Of a stretch of 64,000 nt of DNA, positions 18,155-29,472 are shown in pieces. Below the pieces are notes generated by a model. It saw nothing but the letters and a program-made list of their open reading frames with translations, made no database searches and was not told where the DNA came from. This DNA is from a virus: IMG/VR virus record IMGVR_UViG_3300020045_008546, positions 1 through 64,000 of that record. One strand, given 5' to 3'. Made by a program: the position numbers and the translations under genes. Positions within the stretch are counted from its first letter, which is position 1. Every line of letters starts with the position of its first letter.

Positions 18155-21100
18155 TTAAGGCGCAGATCCACCACTACTAGCCCCTACCCATAATCTAGTA
18201 GCCATAATTCTCCATCCATAAGAAGATCCGTAATAACACCATAAACCCAACCCTGATCCACTATCGACAAAAACCACTAATCCAACTGGCGGACTAGATA
18301 TATTTTGCATTTGAGTTTCAGACATTCTAGGTAGCAAAAATCCTCTATTATTTGCATCTAAATGTAGTATAGCGGCAGGATTTAGTGAGCCAGACCCAAC
18401 TTTTAAAGCACTAGATGCGCTTAAATTGCCACTAGCGGAAATATTATAAGCAGAAAAATCAGCCGTCATAGATATAGTGCCAGAACCTGCATCGTAAATC
18501 CTGCTATCTCCTATACTTCCTGATCCTGTCCATTTAGCTAAAACATTGGTAGTTCCCGATCCTGTAATTGTTCCTCCGCTACTACTAATAGTAAAGCTAG
18601 GATTATTATTAATTGACTGAGTATTACCATTAATAGTTATTGTCCGATCAATAGGCATTTTCCCGTTAATCTGAGACTGTAAACTATTTGTTACACTTAC
18701 ATCAGCCTTTGAATTTAACGTCCCTGTTAAGCTATCTACATCGCTAATAGATATTGCACCGACAGACCAACTATTAGTTCCTAAACGTTTTAATACGCCT
18801 GTTCCTGTTAGATTCTCAATAGCATTAACATCATCAGCATTCGTTATCTGTGAAAGTGAATGTGTATGACTTACGTTAGCTTTCCCGTTTATTTGAGATT
18901 GCAAATCATTAGTAACACTTGTTTCAGCTTTGGCGTTAAGAATACCCGGCAAATCTGTAATGTCATAAATAGTTAATGTCGTAAGTGATATTGTTAAATC
19001 ACCTGAATTAACTAATCTATTTGACCCCGATCCGCTAAAAGTTATTTTTGATCCTGCTATTAAATTGCCTTTACTAAATGCACTTTCTTTCCCGCCAATT
19101 AATCCATCAACATAAGCTTTTGTAGTTGCATGAGCTGATGAAGTGGGGGTTTGAATGGTCAAAGGAAGATAAAAAGTAGTCTCCCCTGTTGCGCGGCTTA
19201 TCATAAATGAATTGCCAACGTAAGCACCGGCATCATTAAACCTAGACATATATAAATCAGAACCAACATTAGAGCCTGTTTCTAGTCCATTCTTTCCAAA
19301 GTTCCAACGTTGAGAACCTGAACTACTAAATATAAATCCTACAACACCACTGGATGAAGGAGAAGCGTTAGATTGAAGAACTTGCGCTGATAGTCCACCT
19401 GACGAATTAACATAACCGCCTGATTGAGATAAAATACTATCAGCAATAGAACTACTTGTTGCGAATAAAGGGATTGTATTAACCGTTCCAGATCCACCTA
19501 TTCCCGTTGTTGTACTGCTAATTGTTATATCACCCGTGCCTACTAATCTACTGGTTAAAGTTCCTGTTATACTTATTCCTGTTCCTGCAATGATATTACC
19601 TTTACTAAAAGAATTTTCTTTTGTTGCAACAGAAGTAACCAAGGCGTTAATTTGTCCCTGTGTTTTGCCAAACGCACCAAGTATTGTATCAGTAACTGAA
19701 ATAGTTGAATTAGCACCTACACTAAAACCTGTTAAGGCAGTAGCCAATACCCTAGCAACTGTAAAGTAAAGATTAGAGCCTTCTGTTAAATTAGTTGTAC
19801 TTTTAGTGGCTAACCTTGCATCAAATAAACTATTAAAGTTAGACGATAAAACGTATCCATTTACTAAGTTATCTACGTAAATCTTAGTAGTAGCGTGAGA
19901 ATTAGAAGTAGGAGTTCCAACTGATACAGTAGATTCAAAAGTAGCTGCACCTGTCGCCCTAACAACAACAATAGTATTTCCCAAGAAACCACCTGAATCA
20001 CTTAAACGTGAAAAGTAAAGGTCTGATCCTGAATTAGTGCCAGATTCTAAACCAAATTTACCTACAACCCAACGCACCGAACCGGCATTGGATAAAGTTA
20101 AACCATTAACATTACCATTTGAAGGAGCTGCATTTGATTCAACAGTTTGACCCGATATAATACCAAGCGCATTAACCCTCCCAGAAGTTTCTTCTAGTAT
20201 ACTATCAACTAACGTACTACTTGTGCCAAATTTAGACAGCCTTCCTACGGTTCCGGTTCCAGTCAAGCTATTTGCTAATCCCGTAATAGTAATGTCCCCT
20301 CCACCAACCAATCTATTAGTTAGAGTGCCGGATAAAGTTATATTAGAACCCGCAACTAAGTTCCCCTTAGAAAAGGCGTTTTCCTTAGTAGCTATTGAAG
20401 CCGTTAATCCATTTATTTGACCTTGCGTTTTGCCAAATGCAGATAATACAGTATCAGTAGCAAGTATTGAACTATTTGCCCCTACTGTAAATCCTGTTAA
20501 AACAGTAGCTAAAACACGCGCCTCTGTAAAATATTTATTTGTTGTTCCTTCTGTTAGATTATTAGTTGTTTTAGATGATAATCTAGTATCAAATAAACCA
20601 TTAAAATCAGAAGAAAGCATATAACCGGCTAAGGCATGATTACCCCAACCATAAGCGGTATTCCAGTTAGATACGTTAGTAGCACTGAAATGTTTTGTAG
20701 TCCAGATTTTATAAGTTGCAGTCCAAGTGTTCCAATCATTAACTGACTGTCTCCAACTCAATTCAGCATCAGTTCCAGCTAGTATCTGATTAATCCAACT
20801 ACTATTTGAATTTCCATTACCGTTTGCAGTATTACCTACAAAAGTTAAAGAAGTTCCACCCGGCCCGTAAGGTGAATTAATAGCCGATCCGCTCCAAGTC
20901 TTAACGCCACCTTCACGTATTAAATTAATATCAGTGTCTTCGCTTGGAAGCCCGTTCCATCTTGTATTATTAGAAACTATTTGCGCTTGAAGTTTGCCTA
21001 ATGATACAATAATAGTATCCGTAGCACTCAAAGCAACAGATGAAGTAGTAACTAATCCTGTTAATGGCGTGTCCCTTACCCTTTGTTCTGTAAAGTACTT

Positions 21101-24100
21101 ATTAGTTCCTTCTACTAGGTTTGTAGTTGTTTTTGTCCCAAACCGGGTATCGAACATACTATTGAAATTAGTATATCCTGTATAAGCTAAATCCCAATTT
21201 GAAATTTGAGTACTGGTTATAGCTTTAACCCAAGTTGGAACAGTAGGATCTATTTCAGCTCCTTGAACTTGAATAATTGTAATAGCAGTTGTCCCTACGG
21301 TAATAGGAGGCGAGTTAGTTACTTTCCATTTAGTTTGATTTGTCGTTAAACTTCCTTCTGTAACTAAGTATGTTGCACCTAATAATTCTGTTCCCGTATC
21401 GCTATCACTAGCACGAATCCAAGAACCAGAACTGGCAACATAACATCCATTTTCAGTTGCAGGTGATTGCGCTGTTACTAAAACCCTATCGCCCGATAAT
21501 AAAGTGTATCCATTGATAGTTTGAAGACCGGACAAACTAACAGAAGACGTAGCTACTGTTTTTACAGGTTGTTTATCGCCCCTGCCAGAAGCTAACGCGT
21601 TTAATACTTGACCATAAGTAGCTAAGTTGTTTAAATCAGTTCCCTCTAAATATACTTTTGGTGCATCATCAAAATACCATGTATCACCTAACAATTCCAT
21701 GTTAAGCGGTTCAATATCTATTTCTTCAATAGCTGATATCGTTCCATTCTCTGTTAGAGTTTCCCTTACAGTCTTACTTTTAGTGCCCCAAGTTCCTACA
21801 ACATCAGGATAAACAGGTAAAGTAGTTCCTTCACCTCCACAGCAATCTTTAACAGGAATAACAGGCGGCTCACTTCCATCTATTAATTCAAATTCAGTAG
21901 TTTTAGTACCTATTAAAACACCGTCTTTACTAAACTCGAATGATGCTTTGTATTGACCTACTTCGTCAATAATAACATTACCACCAGAACTATTTAAGTA
22001 TCTTAATCCATCGCCACCTGCAATACCTATTAAATAGGCAGTATCATCAGAAGGAGTTTCTACTACATCCGTTCCGCTAGGACTATTCCATTGAACAACA
22101 TAATCAGCACCAAAATAATGAAGTACTACATAAGCATCATCAACAAATTTTGAATATTTAACTTTAACGCTATCAAATAATTCCCCATTATATTCCCGTG
22201 CAGATACGCTATATAAACCGTTAGTAGGTAGTATATATTTAGTGCCTGTTTTAGGCATATTGCTATCTATAACCGTTATTGTTGATCCATCTACATTTAA
22301 GAATCTGGTTCCCGAATAATCATCCGGTTCAAGTGGAACTCTAAAAGCAAAGTCAGCTTGTTTAATAGCAACTACTTTACCAGATATACCACCTAGTTTA
22401 AATAACGCCTTTAATCTGAATGAACTTGGCGCACGGTGAATAGAATCAATATCAGTAGAATTTTTAAGCTCAAATACTAATATGTCTTTTTTCGTAGAAC
22501 CGTCTTCATATGATATAAATTGAGGTAAATTAGTGTATGTTTCAACATCAACTTCTGCCAAACCTCCCGTAGTACTATCGTATAGTTTCCACTCTACAAA
22601 GTCATAATCAACAGAAGGAACAGGAATTTTCAAACCCCAATTATCAGGTAAATCAGCTTGGTAATTAAATAGTGGTAAGCTATCAACAACACTATAATTA
22701 ATAGTATTAGCTTTGAATGTAATTAAATCTACACCCGCCTCTGGCAATACATCAGCTTCTGTAAATTCAAAACTTGCGTTACGTTGATAAACATCCGCAC
22801 CTAATAATGAAATTGTATAGGTTAAGTCATATTTACCCGCGCCATAACTAGCAACTACTGAATCAAAAAGATTATATTCTTTATCAGTAATAGCCGGATC
22901 ACTTTCATATTCAACACTAAAAACTTCAACACCATCTTTATTTAAAACAAAGCTTATTTTATCATGTTCTAAATCAGCAATGATTGTCTTAATATCAAAT
23001 GAAGGAACAGATTTAAAAGTATTATCACCTTCAATATCTATAACACCTAGTAATTCATCTTTACTAGTATCATAAAGTTCATTAGATGCTTTTGTTAGAT
23101 ACTCTTCATCATATAAAGTAAACTTGCCTTTTTCTAAGCTAGTTTGGAATGTTCCCCTATATACTTCTACGGTATAATCATAAACGCCCACTTCAAAGTA
23201 TTCGCCATCATCTAATTCAAAGAAAAGATAATTTCCTATATCTACTGTACTCTCAAACGGGCCAAAAGTTTTAGTTTGTGTTCTTGAATCACCAGAAGCC
23301 CCACCACCTGATATTGAAACTACTACTTTATCGTGCGTTCCATTTATCTTTGTCCTAAAATTAAGTAAAGCAGGAACAGGGAAAAATCCGGGAACAGTAC
23401 CAAGTATATCTAATGTTGTTCCATCAATGATTTGACTTACATTAGTAACAGGGTCTTGAATAACAATAGGAATAACGGCTAAATATGTTTCCTCTTCTAG
23501 TCCGGTTAATTCAATAACTATTTGATCATGTCCCTTAAATCTAGGCGTTCCATTGGCTGAGTAAATAAGTATATCACCATCAACACCTCTATCTTCATAA
23601 ATAGGATTCATCCATGTAGGATAATACACTATTTTAGTAGTCAACTCTTCTGGCAAATGACCGGAAATTATATAAGACCCTAAATCAAATATTTGAACAG
23701 ATTGCTTATTAACAGTAAAATAAATAGGGTCAATAATATCTAATTCAATAGGATCAATAGAAATAGTATTGCCACCACCACCAGAAGTAGAACCGCCAGA
23801 CGCATTGCCATATAATCTATTTCCCCTACTACCTGAACCTGATTTATCTAACTCTACATATTCTTGTTCAGAAGTTAACTTTTCTAATGAAAGTTCATTA
23901 ATCTTAACAGTATAACGCCTGTTTATAATATCCCATTTCCATCCTGTTACAGTATAGAATTTATCTGAATTATAAGCATCATCATATTGTAAAAATATAG
24001 AATTACTAGCCTTTAAATCATATCCTAGAAAATCGCCTTCTATAATTATCCTTTTACCACATAACTGTCTAAGTCGTTCTTTTAATGTTTTATATTGTAT

Positions 24101-25942
24101 TGGATAAGCAATACCATCGATTGGATCATCATTGCCACCTATCTTTCTTTTCCAAGCATATGTAAGATTATCGGTAAATGTTAAGGTCATATAGCCCGTC
24201 ATTACCCGGTTAGTTAATCTTACCTGTTCCGGCGTGAATATATTTAGCTTATCAGAAACAATAGAAGTGTAGTCTACTTCGTTTGCATTCCTAATAGGAA
24301 TATCAGCATCAACTATATAACTATGTTCACCTTCGTAAGCCGTTTCAGTAGTTACAGCAATAGAAATATCTTCTAATACAAGTAAAGGTGCTCTTTCAAG
24401 TTCATCCCCTAATAGCGTAGACTGATCATAAACAGTAGCAGGAAATATTCTGAAATAAATTTTACAAATAGCGTGCGGAATCCCATCAACATCACGTTTT
24501 AAATAATCGGTGATTGTATCGCTATTAATTTCAAAAGTCTGTATAGGCAATTCATTAGCAGGCGTCAATAAATTAGGCTCTACATTAACATTACCTTTTA
24601 TGATTATACCATGTCTATTCTTTAATTTTTTCTCTGGATTCCATTTGCCTGTTTCATCAAGCCAAGAAATAGTATCTTTTTCATTGTCATTAGTATAACA
24701 TTCCATATAAAGGCCATTAACGCCCCTTACGCGGTAAGCTCCACTAATTACAATTTTAACTTTTTGACCTTTATTAAATAACCCGGCATCTATTATAATT
24801 GGATCAGAAATATCAATATGATTCTGCTCACTATTCCCTGAATCAATTTGTTTCCCATTTGATGTAACCGCGCCTCTAATTTCAAATTTGTAAGGATCGT
24901 CAACCCTGCCAGTACCCGTCCTTTGCCATCCGGCAGGCTCTAATGGATCATCCGAAATTTGTTGTAAAGTATCTAAGTTAATATCCCATCCCCTTAAATT
25001 TCCTCCAAGTATAGGATAGGCAAATTGACCATTAAGCAATCGGTTAACAGCAATACCGGGACTAATCTGTGATTTTACAACAGAAGATGTATCTGCTATA
25101 CTACTGGTAACATTTTCAGTAGGTATTAAGTTAGGTATATCATTATCAAATGGTGTTCTACCTATACTTACCGCCTGATTAACTACATCGGCACTTTTAA
25201 ATACACCTTGAAAATCATATATTCTTCTATTGGTGGATAGAGCATTTAATTCGGGGATACCTTTAACTACCCAAATATCACCTTCTTGTACAACAAAGGC
25301 GTTAAAAGCATTTAATATGCCAGATAAGGCATCATAGCAAGTTACACCTCGCAATCCGTCAGGATCAACTTCTGCAAGAGCTAATGGGTCTCCACTAGCC
25401 ATTTGAATATCATACAAATCTACATAAGTATGAAAATCTAATTCTAACCCAGCAAATTGTAAACATTGTCCAATAGCATCCTTAATACTAGCTTTCCCTA
25501 ATACAAATTCACCATTATCAGAAGTAAATGTATAATCATGAAGAAAAAACAATCCACACCCCGCAGACATTTGAACATGATACGGCTTAGATTGAAATGG
25601 TTCTTTACAATCAACCGTAACTAAATACCCTGTAAAATAATTTACTAAAACATCACCTTCTTTTATCTCATATAGATATACCTTATATTTTTGGTCATCA
25701 TCAATGAATAAATCTTTAATTTCAAAATCATTTCCTTCCTCAGCAACCCATTCTATTGTAGCTTTTTTAGTTCGAATAGGAGAGTAAATATTATCTAGTT
25801 CAGTAACTTCAATAACAAAAGGATTTCCACTAGATTTAACTTCTATTGAATCACCCGAATAATCTCTTTGATGTATCTCAACTCTATAACCTATCTCTTG
25901 GTCATCTGCAAATTCAGAAAAGTATTTTAAACCGTATGCCAT
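18155..25942 (-). CDS. Giant tail tip / fibre protein (2595 aa)
   Basis: Directly after tape measure; C-terminal half has fibre repeats (TTNLxEGTNKYFTExRV x3, HATTKxYVD, HTHSLSQIT) and terminal GFLLPRM module. Confidence 0.8.
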   Translation of the reverse strand: MAYGLKYFSEFADDQEIGYRVEIHQRDYSGDSIEVKSSGNPFVIEVTELDNIYSPIRTKKATIEWVAEEGNDFEIKDLFIDDDQKYKVYLYEIKEGDVLVNYFTGYLVTVDCKEPFQSKPYHVQMSAGCGLFFLHDYTFTSDNGEFVLGKASIKDAIGQCLQFAGLELDFHTYVDLYDIQMASGDPLALAEVDPDGLRGVTCYDALSGILNAFNAFVVQEGDIWVVKGIPELNALSTNRRIYDFQGVFKSADVVNQAVSIGRTPFDNDIPNLIPTENVTSSIADTSSVVKSQISPGIAVNRLLNGQFAYPILGGNLRGWDINLDTLQQISDDPLEPAGWQRTGTGRVDDPYKFEIRGAVTSNGKQIDSGNSEQNHIDISDPIIIDAGLFNKGQKVKIVISGAYRVRGVNGLYMECYTNDNEKDTISWLDETGKWNPEKKLKNRHGIIIKGNVNVEPNLLTPANELPIQTFEINSDTITDYLKRDVDGIPHAICKIYFRIFPATVYDQSTLLGDELERAPLLVLEDISIAVTTETAYEGEHSYIVDADIPIRNANEVDYTSIVSDKLNIFTPEQVRLTNRVMTGYMTLTFTDNLTYAWKRKIGGNDDPIDGIAYPIQYKTLKERLRQLCGKRIIIEGDFLGYDLKASNSIFLQYDDAYNSDKFYTVTGWKWDIINRRYTVKINELSLEKLTSEQEYVELDKSGSGSRGNRLYGNASGGSTSGGGGNTISIDPIELDIIDPIYFTVNKQSVQIFDLGSYIISGHLPEELTTKIVYYPTWMNPIYEDRGVDGDILIYSANGTPRFKGHDQIVIELTGLEEETYLAVIPIVIQDPVTNVSQIIDGTTLDILGTVPGFFPVPALLNFRTKINGTHDKVVVSISGGGASGDSRTQTKTFGPFESTVDIGNYLFFELDDGEYFEVGVYDYTVEVYRGTFQTSLEKGKFTLYDEEYLTKASNELYDTSKDELLGVIDIEGDNTFKSVPSFDIKTIIADLEHDKISFVLNKDGVEVFSVEYESDPAITDKEYNLFDSVVASYGAGKYDLTYTISLLGADVYQRNASFEFTEADVLPEAGVDLITFKANTINYSVVDSLPLFNYQADLPDNWGLKIPVPSVDYDFVEWKLYDSTTGGLAEVDVETYTNLPQFISYEDGSTKKDILVFELKNSTDIDSIHRAPSSFRLKALFKLGGISGKVVAIKQADFAFRVPLEPDDYSGTRFLNVDGSTITVIDSNMPKTGTKYILPTNGLYSVSAREYNGELFDSVKVKYSKFVDDAYVVLHYFGADYVVQWNSPSGTDVVETPSDDTAYLIGIAGGDGLRYLNSSGGNVIIDEVGQYKASFEFSKDGVLIGTKTTEFELIDGSEPPVIPVKDCCGGEGTTLPVYPDVVGTWGTKSKTVRETLTENGTISAIEEIDIEPLNMELLGDTWYFDDAPKVYLEGTDLNNLATYGQVLNALASGRGDKQPVKTVATSSVSLSGLQTINGYTLLSGDRVLVTAQSPATENGCYVASSGSWIRASDSDTGTELLGATYLVTEGSLTTNQTKWKVTNSPPITVGTTAITIIQVQGAEIDPTVPTWVKAITSTQISNWDLAYTGYTNFNSMFDTRFGTKTTTNLVEGTNKYFTEQRVRDTPLTGLVTTSSVALSATDTIIVSLGKLQAQIVSNNTRWNGLPSEDTDINLIREGGVKTWSGSAINSPYGPGGTSLTFVGNTANGNGNSNSSWINQILAGTDAELSWRQSVNDWNTWTATYKIWTTKHFSATNVSNWNTAYGWGNHALAGYMLSSDFNGLFDTRLSSKTTNNLTEGTTNKYFTEARVLATVLTGFTVGANSSILATDTVLSAFGKTQGQINGLTASIATKENAFSKGNLVAGSNITLSGTLTNRLVGGGDITITGLANSLTGTGTVGRLSKFGTSSTLVDSILEETSGRVNALGIISGQTVESNAAPSNGNVNGLTLSNAGSVRWVVGKFGLESGTNSGSDLYFSRLSDSGGFLGNTIVVVRATGAATFESTVSVGTPTSNSHATTKIYVDNLVNGYVLSSNFNSLFDARLATKSTTNLTEGSNLYFTVARVLATALTGFSVGANSTISVTDTILGAFGKTQGQINALVTSVATKENSFSKGNIIAGTGISITGTLTSRLVGTGDITISSTTTGIGGSGTVNTIPLFATSSSIADSILSQSGGYVNSSGGLSAQVLQSNASPSSSGVVGFIFSSSGSQRWNFGKNGLETGSNVGSDLYMSRFNDAGAYVGNSFMISRATGETTFYLPLTIQTPTSSAHATTKAYVDGLIGGKESAFSKGNLIAGSKITFSGSGSNRLVNSGDLTISLTTLTIYDITDLPGILNAKAETSVTNDLQSQINGKANVSHTHSLSQITNADDVNAIENLTGTGVLKRLGTNSWSVGAISISDVDSLTGTLNSKADVSVTNSLQSQINGKMPIDRTITINGNTQSINNNPSFTISSSGGTITGSGTTNVLAKWTGSGSIGDSRIYDAGSGTISMTADFSAYNISASGNLSASSALKVGSGSLNPAAILHLDANNRGFLLPRMSETQMQNISSPPVGLVVFVDSGSGLGLWCYYGSSYGWRIMATRLWVGASSGGSAP

Positions 25943-25958
25943 TTTATATCGCCTCTAC

Positions 25959-28253
25959 CTATCTGAACTTATTATTTTTCTTTTCGCCTATGTTAACCGC
26001 AACCGCTAAATCTCCACTCCTAATATTTGCAGTCAATTGTCCGACAAAACCATTATCACGTCCCGAATTTCCGAAATTTCTATTGAAATTCCTACCCGTA
26101 TTTGTGCCATTGATCAATCCAAACATATTTGACTGTTGACGCTTGTTTAAAACTAGCTCCCCTGCCGTTAATCTAGCGGGTATTTTATCTGTTCCTGCCG
26201 GGCCTTGAACTAATCCACCAGTATATAATCCCTGACCATCGGCATCATTTATCTTAGTTTTAAGATATGCACCGGCAGCAACAGCAGCAATACCCGCAGC
26301 TAATGCAACAAATGGATTTTCAATACTTGTTTCTGCCGCAATCATTAAAGCCGCAAACGTTATCAAGGCCTTACCAATATCTTGAAGCATTTTAGCTAAA
26401 AGCAAACCAAATTGTTTCCCTGCATCTTCAAATCCAGAGCCACCCGCTAGTGCCGATCCGACCATTTCCCCAAATCCAAATGCCAAGTCAGATGCGGCTT
26501 GTCTAAGGGCATTATTAATATTAGTAGATAAGTCTTGTATTGCTTGTAAGTCTTGTAAGTCTTTCAGGGATTTTTTAAAATCCTCTCCTCCTTTTTGAGA
26601 AGCTCCTACAAAATCACCAAATCCAGCTTCTGTTGCGGATTGCAAACTACCAAAATGAGATATAAGATTAGTTTCAATTTCCTTTTGAACAGCATCAGTA
26701 CTATCTCTTAATTGAAACCAATTATCATTCCAATCTTTTTGCTCTTGCGTTAATTGTTCAATAGGCAATATTGGTCTATTTATTTTAGTAGACTTTCCAT
26801 CACCAGTAACTCCTTTTGCAAATTCTTCCCCTATTTTATCAAAACTATTTTTATCTAATATTGTTGATAATCCGTTTTTACTTTGCTCACCTATAACATC
26901 TTGAATCGTGCCATTGTATTTTCGATACGCCTCATTAATAGCTATCTCTGAATCAGATATTTTTATTTCAAGTGCTTGTGCTGCATTTTTTTTATCTTCT
27001 GCATCTAACTTTTTTTGAAGTGCGGCTTTTTGTCTAGCAGCCTTCTCCATCGCTTTTTTTTCTTTTTCAGCAATAGCTTCTATTGTTGGAACATCACCAA
27101 CTATATCAGGTAGTTTTCCAATAGTTCCACTAGCACCACTTAGTAATGATCCAGCGACACCCGACTTATCTCTACTAGGAAAAGGGTATTTAGACCCTAG
27201 TGGAACTGGCTTATTCTTTAAAGCATCGGCTTGTTTTTGACTTGCAAAGTTTGTGGCAGCCCCGGTAAGACCAAGTTTAGAAAATAAAGTATCAATACCA
27301 GTATTATTAAATAATGTCTGGAAAGTAGATTCCATTAAACCTAATAACGCAGCCCCTGCACCTACTTCTGTATTTAAAATTCTTAATTGCTTAATCAATG
27401 CACCAGCATCATCAGCAGCTTGACTAAAAAATCCTGTTAATCCAGTTCCCTTAGCTAATTCAGCTACAAATAAAGTTAATTGCCCGTTAGCGTATTCAAT
27501 ATTACTACCTAAACTATGCGCTCCTTCAATTGCATCGGTGCCGAATGTATTTAAAAGTTCATCAGACATTCTAGGTAAAAGATCAGAAGCTAAAACTTCT
27601 CCTTTTTGAAGCATAGTATTAAGCTCTGCCGTAGTTTTACCCATAGCACGTGCCGCAATATTGAACGCACCAAATAATCTTTCGCCCAATTGTCCACGCA
27701 ATTCTTCAGCTTGAACGGTTCCTTTCGATACCATCTGAATGAATGCCCTGAAAGTTCCATTCGTGTCATCCGTTGACATTTTAAGGGCAGCAGAAGCAAC
27801 CGTAACAGCTTTAAATAATTTTTCTGTTTCAGCCCCCTCTAAATTTGTTCCTTTGGTAGCAATTGTTAATTGGGCGAAACTTGCACCAAGATCAACAACA
27901 TTTTTCTTATATGTACTAGCCAGATCTTCAAGGAAAGACATATTCTTTCCAAATTGTTCTTGCCCACCGGATGCAGTTTTTAATTGGGTTTCAAATTTCT
28001 GAACTTGAAGTGTAGCATCTAATATATATTTACCCGCAGATAAAGCAGCTTGAAAAGTTAAATAACCAGCGGCCAATTTACCAACAGAACTAGTTAAACT
28101 AGAATTGGCGTTATCTAATTTTTTAGTAGAAGTAGATGCCTTTTCTGTTGCAGGTGTTAATTCTCCTAAACTAGATTTAAGTTTGCCAATTTGAGATTCA
28201 AGGTCTTTTGTATCGCCTTTAAATCGTATTATTAATTCTGGTTCCGCAGCCAT
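25959..28253 (-). CDS. Tape measure protein
   Basis: AFIQMVSKGTVQAEELRGQLGE tape-measure motif; Ala-rich helical; synteny. Confidence 0.92.
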   Translation of the reverse strand: MAAEPELIIRFKGDTKDLESQIGKLKSSLGELTPATEKASTSTKKLDNANSSLTSSVGKLAAGYLTFQAALSAGKYILDATLQVQKFETQLKTASGGQEQFGKNMSFLEDLASTYKKNVVDLGASFAQLTIATKGTNLEGAETEKLFKAVTVASAALKMSTDDTNGTFRAFIQMVSKGTVQAEELRGQLGERLFGAFNIAARAMGKTTAELNTMLQKGEVLASDLLPRMSDELLNTFGTDAIEGAHSLGSNIEYANGQLTLFVAELAKGTGLTGFFSQAADDAGALIKQLRILNTEVGAGAALLGLMESTFQTLFNNTGIDTLFSKLGLTGAATNFASQKQADALKNKPVPLGSKYPFPSRDKSGVAGSLLSGASGTIGKLPDIVGDVPTIEAIAEKEKKAMEKAARQKAALQKKLDAEDKKNAAQALEIKISDSEIAINEAYRKYNGTIQDVIGEQSKNGLSTILDKNSFDKIGEEFAKGVTGDGKSTKINRPILPIEQLTQEQKDWNDNWFQLRDSTDAVQKEIETNLISHFGSLQSATEAGFGDFVGASQKGGEDFKKSLKDLQDLQAIQDLSTNINNALRQAASDLAFGFGEMVGSALAGGSGFEDAGKQFGLLLAKMLQDIGKALITFAALMIAAETSIENPFVALAAGIAAVAAGAYLKTKINDADGQGLYTGGLVQGPAGTDKIPARLTAGELVLNKRQQSNMFGLINGTNTGRNFNRNFGNSGRDNGFVGQLTANIRSGDLAVAVNIGEKKNNKFR

Positions 28254-28259
28254 ACGCCT

Positions 28260-28562
28260 CTATCTTTTTGAAAATTTAACCTTATCTCTATCAGGATTGA
28301 AATACTGTTTCATTTCCTGTTCGGCTTTAACGTGTTCCTTTATTTTTAATAACTTCTCTTCACTTGGGAAAGTCATTAATTCTATTTCGCTTTTACTTTT
28401 CCCTTTTGGTGCGTTTATATTGTACAAAAGGCTATAAATGCTTCGGGTATGTCGCCATTTTTCTTCCCATCGCATATTATAGCCTTCTATTAGTGCCGTT
28501 AATTCAAACAGCGTTATGTCGCAATACTCTTGATAATTAAGGTTCAAATGGCCATGAGCCAT
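28260..28562 (-). CDS. Tail assembly chaperone, -1 frameshift (gpT-like) part
   Basis: In the -1 frame of the upstream ORF via A AAA AAG at 28595-28589; lies just before tape measure. Confidence 0.8.
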   Translation of the reverse strand: MAHGHLNLNYQEYCDITLFELTALIEGYNMRWEEKWRHTRSIYSLLYNINAPKGKSKSEIELMTFPSEEKLLKIKEHVKAEQEMKQYFNPDRDKVKFSKR

Positions 28563-28576
28563 TCCCCTTAAACTAT

Positions 28577-29029
28577 CTAAGTCAAATTCTTTTTTTTTAC
28601 TTCCTTGGATTTTTCTGTCTTTTCTTCATCTATTTCTTTTGGTAAAGTGCCACCATTTAAAATAGCCCTAGAAAAAGTAGATATAATTTGTGTCCCTTCT
28701 TTCGAGGTTAACCCAAGTTCAGGAAGCCAATCATCATACACAGTATCTAGCGAATAAAAGTTAATGCCTTTACCGTCCCTTTCGGCTACATAATTAGCAC
28801 CAGACCAAATTGATATAGCTAAAAACTTAATCAATTCAGTAGGCATAATAGCTATTGATTCCTGATTAGTATTAGGATCAGTGAAAGTTGTCATTTCAAA
28901 TAATGAAGGCAAATCTTTCAATTTAACCCCATACTCATTCATGAAAAACTCTAACGCCCTCAATCCGTACTTAACAGGAATAACTTCACCGTTAATATTT
29001 AATTCTGTATATCCGACTAATTTATTCAT
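28577..29029 (-). CDS. Tail assembly chaperone (gpG-like)
   Basis: Between tail tube and tape measure; ends in slippery GTA AAA AAA AAG. Confidence 0.8.
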   Translation of the reverse strand: MNKLVGYTELNINGEVIPVKYGLRALEFFMNEYGVKLKDLPSLFEMTTFTDPNTNQESIAIMPTELIKFLAISIWSGANYVAERDGKGINFYSLDTVYDDWLPELGLTSKEGTQIISTFSRAILNGGTLPKEIDEEKTEKSKEVKKKNLT

Positions 29030-29038
29030 ATACTATTT

Positions 29039-29458
29039 TTAAACTACAACAGCAGCTACAAGTGGCCCGTTTCCAGAAATCTCAGCAGTCCAAGTAACAG
29101 CATCTTCATAAGTAGAAGAAATATCTGCACTCATGATATAACCTGATCCTGAATAGGTATAAGCACCAGTAGTATTTTTACCAAACATCAGTTGAATAGG
29201 AGCGCGGGAAATAGCTAAATCCTGTATCGCCTGATAACCTGATTCATTTGAACCTACTATATAATCCACAACACCAGAAAGTGAAGCAGTCCATGTTCTT
29301 TGCCCCGGTAAAGTTTCTTTCCATCCGCCTGAATCACGAGTAGATACGTCAATTTCCGCATCCGAAATAGAGATAGATAAATCTCTTGTGTCAGCTATTG
29401 TTTTGTTAGGTGTCCCAACAATTTGAGCTATAAAATCTGAACCGTTGAACTTTGCCAT
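29039..29458 (-). CDS. Major tail (tube) protein, TP901-1-like
   Basis: EIDVSTRDSGGWKETLPGQRTWTASLSG motif. Confidence 0.9.
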   Translation of the reverse strand: MAKFNGSDFIAQIVGTPNKTIADTRDLSISISDAEIDVSTRDSGGWKETLPGQRTWTASLSGVVDYIVGSNESGYQAIQDLAISRAPIQLMFGKNTTGAYTYSGSGYIMSADISSTYEDAVTWTAEISGNGPLVAAVVV

Positions 29459-29472
29459 TTCGCCTCTACCTT

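Noticed and set aside
15379-24698. Numerous antisense and alternate-frame ORFs inside the hydrolase and giant tail genes
   Set aside because: Shadow ORFs of long coding regions, with non-ATG starts or low-complexity translations and no independent signals.
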